A stretch of 64,000 bases of DNA from a virus. A program made the position numbers and the translations under genes. The stretch spans positions 45,419-109,418 of the IMG/VR virus record IMGVR_UViG_3300027749_000060. One strand, 5' to 3'. Positions 47,905 to 56,257 of the stretch are shown here, piece by piece; the stretch's first letter is position 1, and every line of letters begins with the position of its first letter. The notes below the pieces were generated by a model. That model worked only from the letters and a program-made list of their open reading frames with translations. It ran no database searches and was not told the DNA's origin.

Positions 47905-48102
47905 CTAGTTAATGCCAAACCGTTGTTTAATCATGCCAGCTGCTCCCAAACTGGTCATTTGAGTAGTACTACCTTTATCACATATATCAATGCACTCTAA
48001 TAGGATTAGTTTTGCAAAACGCTCTTGTATATCCGGATTAATGTCAGGATAAAAACTTCCACCAGCCATTAATTGTAAATTTTTAAGTAATTCTTTATTC
48101 AT
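47905..48102 (-). CDS. Hypothetical protein
   Basis: Probable start MNKELL just after the queE stop; ERFAKLI..ECI..C pattern. Confidence 0.6.
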   Translation of the reverse strand: MNKELLKNLQLMAGGSFYPDINPDIQERFAKLILLECIDICDKGSTTQMTSLGAAGMIKQRFGIN

Positions 48103-48103
48103 A

Positions 48104-48970
48104 TTAAGTACCCCACTCATTTTTAAATAACGGTACTTGTAGCCTATCACTGTACCGTAGTCCGTGTTTCATTGCCAACAATGCCACATTACGATTGTTT
48201 AATGCATACACACTTTCAACACCGCCCACTGGCATTAGATACACATGCCCTGTAAATCCTGCTGCACGATATTCAGCAATGGCACGTTCTGCATCTTCAA
48301 AATCTTCCTGTGTGGCAATAACAAACTTTAAATATGCTGTGCCGTATTCTTCATATTCACAAACTACTTCGGGTAGAATAGCTTCTTCCCACGGCTCACC
48401 ACTACAAGGCAATTTGGCACTTACTGAGAAGGTAATCTCACGCCAAAAGTCTTGATCATGATGTGATTTCCATGTGTGCAAATACGAAGCAAAGTCTAGA
48501 GCAAGTTTCTGAGTACCATTGGTTTCAAATGTAATTTCTTTCAAGCCAGCCATCTTAGGATGATTTAACAAATCTGGATAAGCACGTTGCCATCCCAGCA
48601 ATGGTTCGCCTCCGGTGATAACCAAATGCTCATCGCGCCACTCACCATGCGGAAGTATTTCCATAATGCGTTCTACAATTGCATCTGTCGTTAACATTGG
48701 ACTTAGATCTTTAAATGCTGGATCCCAGCTGGCATAGCTATCGCAGCCTGTGCTTACTAACGGGAGCTCTTCATACTTTTGAAAAGGGGTAACCAATGAA
48801 TGTGTAGCTGCAATACCAGCAGCCTCCATACTTAATTCTCCGCGTGGCATACCAAACCCTGCACATTTAAAATTACATCCAAATGTACGTAAGAAAACAG
48901 ACGGCACACCCATGTAACGTCCTTCACCTTGGATGCTGTAGAACAGCTCTGCTATTTTAATTTTGCTCAT
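48104..48970 (-). CDS. queE: 7-carboxy-7-deazaguanine synthase (radical SAM)
   Basis: ELFYSIQGEG..GVPSVFLRTFGCN..C...CDS, VITGGEP, ETNG, YLMP, S.RLQ; clustered with queD and folE. Confidence 0.9.
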   Translation of the reverse strand: MSKIKIAELFYSIQGEGRYMGVPSVFLRTFGCNFKCAGFGMPRGELSMEAAGIAATHSLVTPFQKYEELPLVSTGCDSYASWDPAFKDLSPMLTTDAIVERIMEILPHGEWRDEHLVITGGEPLLGWQRAYPDLLNHPKMAGLKEITFETNGTQKLALDFASYLHTWKSHHDQDFWREITFSVSAKLPCSGEPWEEAILPEVVCEYEEYGTAYLKFVIATQEDFEDAERAIAEYRAAGFTGHVYLMPVGGVESVYALNNRNVALLAMKHGLRYSDRLQVPLFKNEWGT

Positions 48971-49235
48971 AAATGTTAGACCATTTCTTAAGTTTTTCAA
49001 TCTTTGCTTTTTTTGCAACTTCTAAGTTGTCTATGGATATTACACCCAACTCAAGCATAATGTCAATCATTGCGAGCATATCGCCCAATTCTTCTTCAAG
49101 ATGCTCTCGATTGGTTTTAGGTTTACCCGGTTTTACATTGTCGGCTCCAAAGCGATTAATTTTACTAACTGCTTGGATTACCTCTGCACATTCTTCTTGA
49201 AGAATATCCATTACTTCTTTTTCTTTAGCATTCAT
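48957..49235 (-). CDS. MazG-like NTP pyrophosphohydrolase
   Basis: EECAEV...LEEELGD.L motif. Confidence 0.8.
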   Translation of the reverse strand: MNAKEKEVMDILQEECAEVIQAVSKINRFGADNVKPGKPKTNREHLEEELGDMLAMIDIMLELGVISIDNLEVAKKAKIEKLKKWSNIYEQN

Positions 49236-49253
49236 TCGCTATGTCTTTCAGTA

Positions 49254-49862
49254 TTAATAATAAGGTCCAAAATCTGGAGTACGTTGATATCTTGCAACAT
49301 ATGCATTCCACATTAGAGAAAAATCGTTGCAGGTAAACAAACTAATTAACTGCTTTTGATTTAAATAGTTTTCAGTATGTGTACCTACTGTTTTGTTTAT
49401 TAGTGCTACATATTGATCTGCTACTGGTAAATCAAATGCTTGCAATAATCTAACTGATTTTTTTAGCGTATCTTGGCTACCTGCTAAGTCGTCAACTAGT
49501 AAAATAGGATTACCGGTTACTCTGCCTTCGGTGAAATTTAATAATCCGTACGATTTACGTGTTTTTTTTAAACTAATCATTGGTGACCCTAATATTTGAG
49601 CCATACCAAATCCTAGTGTAATTCCTGCATCCTCGCATGCCCCAATTTGCACATTAGTATGCGGCAATTTTTCTATTAGAAGTTCTGCTGCTGTAGTTAC
49701 AAACTTAGGATCAAATAAACATCTACGCAAATAGAATTGCCAATAGTAAGAATCATTTGCTGCTTTTGCTGGAATTGCTGCTTGCCCATCTGGCACTCTA
49801 TAAATGCCGCGATGCTCAATTTCGTTTCTTAAATAAATCCATTTTTCGTTACTAATGCTCAT
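49254..49862 (-). CDS. Type I phosphoribosyltransferase-like protein
   Basis: RKSYG loop and PRPP-binding ILLVDDLAGSQDT; ATGA overlap with the queD stop. Confidence 0.75.
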   Translation of the reverse strand: MSISNEKWIYLRNEIEHRGIYRVPDGQAAIPAKAANDSYYWQFYLRRCLFDPKFVTTAAELLIEKLPHTNVQIGACEDAGITLGFGMAQILGSPMISLKKTRKSYGLLNFTEGRVTGNPILLVDDLAGSQDTLKKSVRLLQAFDLPVADQYVALINKTVGTHTENYLNQKQLISLFTCNDFSLMWNAYVARYQRTPDFGPYY

Positions 49863-50356
49863 GCAAATAAGTCCTCGTTCCATTCACGATGTCCTTCACG
49901 GAAAGCCATATTGGCCTGTGTCTCACGCACTTCCACACGATAACACCACAGTCGCTTGGCTTCACCTTCGCCCCAGTAGTCGGGGATATAAACACCATTG
50001 ACATACTTGTACAGCATGTCACTCAGCGACTCGCATCCCATGGCTGGCAGGATAGTCAGTTTGGCCAACTTACGGCGTTCCATTTCTTTGTAGAACTCAA
50101 GTTCTGGATCATCATGTGCCACCAGAGTTGTGTGATCAAATTGGTCTTCTAATATCTTTTTAAGTTCTTTCAATCCGCCGTAGTCAGCAACCCAGTTGCG
50201 AACGTCTAAGTCGTTGGTTCCAAAATAGAACTTCATACTAAACGAGTAACCGTGATTCATATTGCAATGACTATCGGCCCTCCATTGTCTATAAGCGCAA
50301 GGAAATGCGTCTATGTACTCTTTTGTACTAGTGTACTTGTATGTGATTGGGGTCAT
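49859..50356 (-). CDS. queD: 6-carboxy-5,6,7,8-tetrahydropterin synthase
   Basis: C...HGY, WV.DYG.LK, FDHT, CESL, VEVRET. Confidence 0.88.
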   Translation of the reverse strand: MTPITYKYTSTKEYIDAFPCAYRQWRADSHCNMNHGYSFSMKFYFGTNDLDVRNWVADYGGLKELKKILEDQFDHTTLVAHDDPELEFYKEMERRKLAKLTILPAMGCESLSDMLYKYVNGVYIPDYWGEGEAKRLWCYRVEVRETQANMAFREGHREWNEDLFA

Positions 50357-50428
50357 GCTGTTTCTCCTATGTTAATTATAGCATAGGCGGCGGAGTTTGT
50401 AAAGCGGGACGATGCCGATAGACCGCTG
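50357..50428 (-). promoter_or_regulatory. Candidate preQ1-I-like riboswitch in the queD leader
   Basis: AGCGG-UCUAUCGGCAUCGUC-CCGCU-UUACAAAC-UCCGCCG, followed by a CCUAUG/CAUAGG hairpin occluding the AGGAG SD; TAAATA at 50433-50438. Confidence 0.6.
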
Positions 50429-50440
50429 TATGTATTTATC

Positions 50441-50884
50441 TTATTGTTCGGATACGTTTAGTATTTGAGCTGCTTGAACATCATCTTCTAAAATATTACC
50501 ATTCTCATCTACTAGACAGATTTTAATTGGATTACTAATACGCATATAGGAACCATCAATAATCCATTGATCGTCAATTCCGTTAACTCCGTCTCTTCCC
50601 CAATTAATTCCAATACTATCTGTTTCTTCTTGAGTAAAATCACCGTAGAATTTGTAGAATGTTTGAAATTGATTTTTGTACACACATGTATCCATTGGAA
50701 AATGCATATTGTCGTCGTTTATTTCTTGCTGTGTAATTGGATTGTCTAAACTTCTAGTTCCGTATCCGGATACATATGTATCAGTTACGCTCCAACCGCG
50801 ATCATTGTTTACAGACTTAATATTATAATAAACACTAATGCTACCGTTGTCGTATGTTGGATACACTCTGTATGAATTTGTCAT
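50441..50884 (-). CDS. Hypothetical protein
   Basis: AAGGA SD; TAAATA at 50907-50912. Confidence 0.65.
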   Translation of the reverse strand: MTNSYRVYPTYDNGSISVYYNIKSVNNDRGWSVTDTYVSGYGTRSLDNPITQQEINDDNMHFPMDTCVYKNQFQTFYKFYGDFTQEETDSIGINWGRDGVNGIDDQWIIDGSYMRISNPIKICLVDENGNILEDDVQAAQILNVSEQ

Positions 50885-50922
50885 AATTATTTTTGTCCTT
50901 GCTTTATATTTAGTACTTAAAA

Positions 50923-51393
50923 TTATAAGAAATCGTCACTGTCGTAATAATCACTAATACCATATTCCTCATCCAGTTCAGGGGGTATAGTATCGACTAA
51001 CTCTTCTTTTGATAAATGACTGTAGTCGTATTGTTGATCGTCACCGTTATCCCAAATACCACAAAATCCTATTCCTGGTTCGTAGTAAGTTGCATATACA
51101 CTAAATCCTTGATCTAGTAATGATTTATATGCCATTAACGGTGGTGCCCATGCACTAGTAAAACTAAGTGTAATTTTATTTGGAGTTACTTCTAAGAAGC
51201 CGTCGTTTTCTCCAATGTCCCATTTAGTACCCCAGTTTTCAATATTCCATGTATACCAATTTTCGTTATGTTCTGTTGGTCTTGGAACTAAGGTGTTTAA
51301 AAATTCACCTTTGGCAAAGGCATTACCAGCACGTTCAATTACTTCCGGATCGTTGTGTTCTAAAATTAATTTGTTATCACACCAATTTGGCAC
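50923..51393 (-). CDS. DUF1281/YubB ferredoxin-like domain protein
   Basis: MPNWC.N, WY.WN..NWGTKWD, F.SAW.PP, YYEPG. Confidence 0.8.
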   Translation of the reverse strand: MPNWCDNKLILEHNDPEVIERAGNAFAKGEFLNTLVPRPTEHNENWYTWNIENWGTKWDIGENDGFLEVTPNKITLSFTSAWAPPLMAYKSLLDQGFSVYATYYEPGIGFCGIWDNGDDQQYDYSHLSKEELVDTIPPELDEEYGISDYYDSDDFL

Positions 51394-51404
51394 AATGGTT
51401 CTCC

Positions 51405-51617
51405 TTAGGCAGCAGATTTTTTACGAGATGTCTTAACAGGGGCTTCTACACTTAGTATAGCAGCCTTCACTTCATTAAGCAAGGCTTCGTCATCCCATTT
51501 TAATTCAGTGCGCCCATTCGGAAAAGTTGTAACAGTTAAATGATTACCTTTAACTATCTTTACTACATCCAACCCAGTAGCATTGACTACTTCGGATTTC
51601 TTTTTTTTAGTTGCCAT
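51405..51617 (-). CDS. Hypothetical protein
   Basis: Packed operon. Confidence 0.65.
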   Translation of the reverse strand: MATKKKKSEVVNATGLDVVKIVKGNHLTVTTFPNGRTELKWDDEALLNEVKAAILSVEAPVKTSRKKSAA

Positions 51618-52023
51618 CTTGTGCTTCCTCTATTTCTTCTATCTTTAACAAATCATTAAACCAGTATTCCGAACGATCAAAAATCCATCCAGATTCTTCC
51701 AATGATTTATAAATGTCTATTCCAATTAAATTTTTAATTTTAATTTGTTCTTCACTATTGACTTGTGATGGAAACAACCAAGCAGCCACTGATACACTAG
51801 TTTTAGGAACAAGCGTTAACAAACTCCAACTATATTCGGTACCTTTTGTTAATTCAATTCCGTCAATGTTTTCTAAATTCATATCAGGCATGGTATGGTT
51901 CCAGCATACAAATTCTGAATATTCAAATGTCTCACGCCGTGAAATAGTCAAACTGCCTTTATACCAATATTGCTGCTCAATTATTTTGTTTTTGTATTGA
52001 GGTGATATTTTCCATTTTTTCAT
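51607..52023 (-). CDS. Hypothetical protein
   Basis: ATGA overlap with the folE stop. Confidence 0.65.
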   Translation of the reverse strand: MKKWKISPQYKNKIIEQQYWYKGSLTISRRETFEYSEFVCWNHTMPDMNLENIDGIELTKGTEYSWSLLTLVPKTSVSVAAWLFPSQVNSEEQIKIKNLIGIDIYKSLEESGWIFDRSEYWFNDLLKIEEIEEAQDGN

Positions 52024-52730
52024 CGCGGTGCAAACTCCTGCTGTAGTTTGATGTTATCAAAAAACTCCTTCTTGGTGCTTTGATCTGTTTGAAATGCACC
52101 TCGAAGCACAGTAGTTTGAGTTAGACTGCTATGTGCCATGATACCACGATTCTCACAGCATCCATGTGTAGCTTGGATATAAACACCTAGGTCTGTTGCT
52201 CCTGTAGCTTTTTGGATTTCTCTAGCAATGTCATTGGCCAGTTCTTCCTGCAAAGTACCACGACGAGCGCACCAATGAGCAATACGAGTGTACTTAGACA
52301 AACCAATGAGCTTTTCTGCGGCGATAATCCCAATATAAGCGACACCAGATACAGGCTGGTGATGATGGCTACACATACTGCGTAGTTCACTTCTAACCAC
52401 AAGCATGCCTTCGTATCTATCTGCTGAATCATTTGGAAAAGCCGTTGCATTCGGTGCTGGTTCATATCTACCTTCCATAATTTCATTAAAATACATTTTA
52501 GCTAATCGACGTGCAGTACCTTTACTATTAGGATCTGTTTCACGATCAATTAATAATCTATCCAGTACAGTTTCAAATGCTAGTGTAGCTTCGTCAATTA
52601 AAATGTCTTTATCCAATCCGCTGATATATTCGCTAATATTATCGCCTGCCCAAAAGCGTTTGTTATCGCGTTTCATCTTAGAGCGAATATGATCGCCGAG
52701 ATAAATTTCTTTGTTGTCTGTTTCACTCAT
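52020..52730 (-). CDS. folE: GTP cyclohydrolase I
   Basis: TARRLAKMY, SMCSHH, IGLSK..RI, LQE.L, HGC...RG. Confidence 0.95.
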   Translation of the reverse strand: MSETDNKEIYLGDHIRSKMKRDNKRFWAGDNISEYISGLDKDILIDEATLAFETVLDRLLIDRETDPNSKGTARRLAKMYFNEIMEGRYEPAPNATAFPNDSADRYEGMLVVRSELRSMCSHHHQPVSGVAYIGIIAAEKLIGLSKYTRIAHWCARRGTLQEELANDIAREIQKATGATDLGVYIQATHGCCENRGIMAHSSLTQTTVLRGAFQTDQSTKKEFFDNIKLQQEFAPR

Positions 52731-52737
52731 TTTATTT

Positions 52738-52767
52738 TTCTCCGATGTTAAGGCAGAGGATTGCCAT
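52738..52767 (-). promoter_or_regulatory. Candidate SD-sequestering mini-pseudoknot in the folE leader
   Basis: GGCA-AUCCUC-UGCC-UUAACAUC-GGAG; loop UCC is complementary to GGA of the SD. Confidence 0.45.
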
Positions 52768-52773
52768 GTTTGT

Positions 52774-52803
52774 ATTATATATTATTTAGACCAACAGAGT
52801 CAA
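52774..52803 (-). promoter_or_regulatory. Nested sigma70 and late promoter for folE
   Basis: TTGACT-18 nt-TATAAT with TAAATA (52783-52788) in the spacer. Confidence 0.65.
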
Positions 52804-52806
52804 TAA

Positions 52807-53775
52807 TTATGATAGGGTTTTTTGCCATTGCCATGCAGTTGCTACAATATTTTCGATAGTACTATTGCGTGGCCGCCAAGAGGTTAGTTGTTTAAATTTT
52901 ACGCTGTCGGCTACAAGTTTATCTGGATCACCCTCACGGCGTGGCCCAATATCTACATTGATTGTATCTCCTACAGCATAACTACATGCATTAATAATTT
53001 CTTTATTACTATAGCCATGGCCAGTTCCTAAGTTGTATGCTTCGAACCTTCCGGGATCGAAACTTTCAGCCAAACACACAGATTCTAAATGTGCCTGCGC
53101 GATATCAGTTACATGCAAATAATCGCGTATGCAAGTGCCATCTGCGGTATCATAATCATTTCCGTTTAATACAAATGATTTCTTATTTTGATATGCACCT
53201 AATATCCGAGGAATGATATGTGTAGCATCAGCAGTATGACCTAATGCTCCTCCGGCATCCGCTCCGCAGGCATTAAAATAACGTAATGCAATACCTTTGT
53301 ATCCGTGTGCATTGCAATGATCTGCAATCACTTGTTCGCACATGAGTTTACTCCACCCATATGGATTCATTGGTTCTTGTTTAGAAGATTCACTAATAGG
53401 ATTAGAACAGTAATTACCGTAGGTAGCAGCACTACTACTGAAAACAATTTTACCTGACCAACCGTGCAATTGATCTAACAAAATGTTAGTTTTTGACACA
53501 TTATTGTTATAATATTCACCAGGATTGGTCATGCTAGGACCTACTAGACTTGTACCTGCACAATGTATAATAGCATCTGCATTATTTATTTTTGCAGCAG
53601 TTGCAGCAACATCGGTGTAGTCGGCTACTAGCATATTGTCCATATAATGTGCAGCCTTGGGTATAGTTATAGTGCGATCAACACCGATAACATAATACCC
53701 TGCTTCTTTAAAAGTCTTGGCGGTATGACTGCCAATAAATCCAAATGCACCAGTAATTACAACTCTTTTACTCAT
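52807..53775 (-). CDS. galE: UDP-glucose 4-epimerase
   Basis: GAFGFIG, FSSSAATYG, YGWSK (YxxxK), RYFNACGA, DGTCIRDYLHV.D.A.AH. Confidence 0.92.
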   Translation of the reverse strand: MSKRVVITGAFGFIGSHTAKTFKEAGYYVIGVDRTITIPKAAHYMDNMLVADYTDVAATAAKINNADAIIHCAGTSLVGPSMTNPGEYYNNNVSKTNILLDQLHGWSGKIVFSSSAATYGNYCSNPISESSKQEPMNPYGWSKLMCEQVIADHCNAHGYKGIALRYFNACGADAGGALGHTADATHIIPRILGAYQNKKSFVLNGNDYDTADGTCIRDYLHVTDIAQAHLESVCLAESFDPGRFEAYNLGTGHGYSNKEIINACSYAVGDTINVDIGPRREGDPDKLVADSVKFKQLTSWRPRNSTIENIVATAWQWQKTLS

Positions 53776-53776
53776 A

Positions 53777-54955
53777 TTAATATTTTGTTTCGTGTGTGTG
53801 TTTCCGATAGTCTGTGCTCATACGCAGCCATTTCTCGCCTGTACCTTGCAAGATATCAACCACGCGATCAATGGTACCATCATTCCAGTCACTGATCTCG
53901 CCTTGGCGTTCGTGTGCATAACCCAGTAGATCTTCCAGCTTGGTCAATGCATCATCGATGCTCCAAGGGATATAAAGTCTTGTAGGATCGTTAGCAAAGG
54001 TTTCGGGGAAACTGCGATAAGCAGGGTAAAGTACATTACAACCAAGAGTGTCCGCTTCTGATACAGTGTTTGAGACCCAATCTTGTAAAGCGCAATTAAA
54101 AAGCACACGAGTATCATTAAGGAGAGCATAGTAGTCGTTCTTTTCCAAGTCCTCATAGATTGTCAGCAGGCCACGTGCTGCAAGATTGTGTGTACGAGCC
54201 ATGTAGCTGTCGTTGTTGCTCTTTAGTTTTGCACCACTGAAGATACAGAACTCTACTGGATGTGCCGGAAAACGTGCATGCCAGGCTTCGATAAGATCCA
54301 TGTAAAAGTCTGGTTGCTTTTCTTGATCCCAACGTGCAGCAAAGCCCACACGCATGGTGCGATCACCAAAGTCCTTTAGTTCGCCAGGCACACGGCTACG
54401 TACTTCTGCCTTGCCAAATGCCAAGCCTGAAATATTGTAGATAGGACTTTTCCAGCCTGCAACCTTCATGTGCATTACCATTTCTTCATTGGTGGCCAGT
54501 ACTCCGTCGACAAAGCTGTCCACCATTTTTTCATAGTGTCCCATGAAATCTTGCATACCCCATACATGAACAAAATCGTCAGGATCAATGGACTGAGCAA
54601 GACAGCGAACATAAATCCTAGGCCGGTGACTGTTATCGATCTGTTTAAGAATATACGGGAGGCTTTCGATTCCAGGCTGAAACATGTCTTCAAAGTAAAT
54701 AACATCTTCATTGTTGAGTTCTCCTGCCTTCATCATTCTAATTAGATTCATCAACTGGCTCATACCAAAGTATGTGCGGCCGTGTGCATCCAGTACTTGT
54801 CCAGTTACAATGGCTTGATCGTTGCTGAGTGTTTCGCCGGGTACTATAACATAGTCAATGCCGCGTTGTTCAAAAACAGCACGATTCCACTCTTGCAGTT
54901 GTAGAGTGTATCTGGCCTTGTAAGGTTCAAGACCCATGTAATAAAGTTTACGCAT
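53777..54955 (-). CDS. GT-B fold (GT4-like) glycosyltransferase
   Basis: FAARWDQEKQP, QDWVSNTVSEA (D/E-x7-E), YP..RSFPE; start MRKLYY after an AAGGA SD. Confidence 0.8.
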   Translation of the reverse strand: MRKLYYMGLEPYKARYTLQLQEWNRAVFEQRGIDYVIVPGETLSNDQAIVTGQVLDAHGRTYFGMSQLMNLIRMMKAGELNNEDVIYFEDMFQPGIESLPYILKQIDNSHRPRIYVRCLAQSIDPDDFVHVWGMQDFMGHYEKMVDSFVDGVLATNEEMVMHMKVAGWKSPIYNISGLAFGKAEVRSRVPGELKDFGDRTMRVGFAARWDQEKQPDFYMDLIEAWHARFPAHPVEFCIFSGAKLKSNNDSYMARTHNLAARGLLTIYEDLEKNDYYALLNDTRVLFNCALQDWVSNTVSEADTLGCNVLYPAYRSFPETFANDPTRLYIPWSIDDALTKLEDLLGYAHERQGEISDWNDGTIDRVVDILQGTGEKWLRMSTDYRKHTHETKY

Positions 54956-54966
54956 GATATTCCTTA

Positions 54967-55209
54967 TTAACGAGCATCGTTTCCATAACGACGTCCTTGA
55001 CGTATCATCCATCCCCAGTTGTCACGAGGCCAGCGTCCATTCTGGAAACGTATATAGTCTCCAAATGGGCTATACTCATTGCCCAGATGGGCTTCGTTAA
55101 ACGGAAAACCATAATCCGCACAAAATTTGCAATACTTATCGAGGTCGTCAAAAATACGACTCACTTCTGGTTTCATGACAAAATATTTTTTAAGTTGATG
55201 ATTAGACAT
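54967..55209 (-). CDS. Hypothetical protein in the modification operon
   Basis: AAGGA SD before MSNHQL. Confidence 0.65.
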   Translation of the reverse strand: MSNHQLKKYFVMKPEVSRIFDDLDKYCKFCADYGFPFNEAHLGNEYSPFGDYIRFQNGRWPRDNWGWMIRQGRRYGNDAR

Positions 55210-55229
55210 AATATAATCCTTTAATAAAG

Positions 55230-55679
55230 TTAAACAGAAATTTGTTTGGCACTGTAGCGATGGTAAAAAATATTGCAACCGTTCTCTCCATCTTCGGAGA
55301 CTTCGATTTCTATATCTCTATCTGGGTATCGAGTAGCAATAACTTGATATAGTTCATCACTAATCATTTCGCAGCTTTTATGATCTAGTTGTAGTGAATC
55401 TTTGTACAAGTTTTCAATCCAACGTTTAAATTGAATAAATTCAATATCACGATCGGCATGAAATACTTGGATAGAAACTTTAAAGTGAAATATATGACGA
55501 TGCGGAAATCCTAGGAAACTCACATCATATTCATCACCGGTTGCCAGTGCTGGATCGGTTGCTGCTGCTGGATACATATGGATACCTTCTTTACGGAAGG
55601 TGATCCAAATTAATCTCTTTGCTCGGTCGGCAATACGATTTCTTTTTTCTGCTAGTGCAGTTTCGGTTTGTGTAAACAT
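55230..55679 (-). CDS. Second T-fold (QueD-like) protein, DpdL-like
   Basis: EGIH.YP, LGFPHRHIF (LxxxHRHxF), DRDIEFI, SCEM, EVSEDGENG. Confidence 0.7.
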   Translation of the reverse strand: MFTQTETALAEKRNRIADRAKRLIWITFRKEGIHMYPAAATDPALATGDEYDVSFLGFPHRHIFHFKVSIQVFHADRDIEFIQFKRWIENLYKDSLQLDHKSCEMISDELYQVIATRYPDRDIEIEVSEDGENGCNIFYHRYSAKQISV

Positions 55680-55711
55680 CTTTATTAAATAAAGTTAGTT
55701 GATAGATATGC

Positions 55712-55740
55712 AGTATACACTGCGGCGACAACAAAGTCAA
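55712..55740 (-). promoter_or_regulatory. sigma70-like promoter for the T-fold/GT/galE operon
   Basis: TTGACT-17 nt-TATACT. Confidence 0.75.
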
Positions 55741-55750
55741 TGACTTTGAA

Positions 55751-56257
55751 TTATAATACAGAGTCTTTGGTGTATTCCCGCCAGCTGGTAAAGTTGGCAG
55801 GGTTGGTTAAGGCGTGTAGGCTATGGCACCATACGCCGGGATTGGTGGCATCAAAATCTTTGTCATCAATTTTGACAGTGGCATTATATCCCAGCTGTTG
55901 CAAGTAGGGTATTTTGACTGATATCACAGGGATAAAGTTGTGGTACTCAGTAAGGCCGCACTCTAGTAGGCCTTCTACAGATCGAACATCGATATCCAAT
56001 GAGCACAGGTAACCTGCTCTCAGGAACGGCGTAATCATATCTTGCCACTGGTCCCAAGTGTTAGCATCGTTAACATCAGGATTGGGAAAACTCATGTTAG
56101 CACCAAAGTAGATATGCTCGCATCCGTTGATGTGTTGGGCAATATCATCTTCGGGTTGTACTCCGACTACAAACAGGGTTTTCTTACCGTATGCAGGTGT
56201 GCGCTCAATTTCAATGCCGTAGAAGAAACTTACTTCTTCGTGACCTTCTCTAATCAT
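55751..56257 (-). CDS. Hypothetical protein translationally coupled to the TGT-like gene
   Basis: ATGA overlap at 56254-56257. Confidence 0.75.
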   Translation of the reverse strand: MIREGHEEVSFFYGIEIERTPAYGKKTLFVVGVQPEDDIAQHINGCEHIYFGANMSFPNPDVNDANTWDQWQDMITPFLRAGYLCSLDIDVRSVEGLLECGLTEYHNFIPVISVKIPYLQQLGYNATVKIDDKDFDATNPGVWCHSLHALTNPANFTSWREYTKDSVL

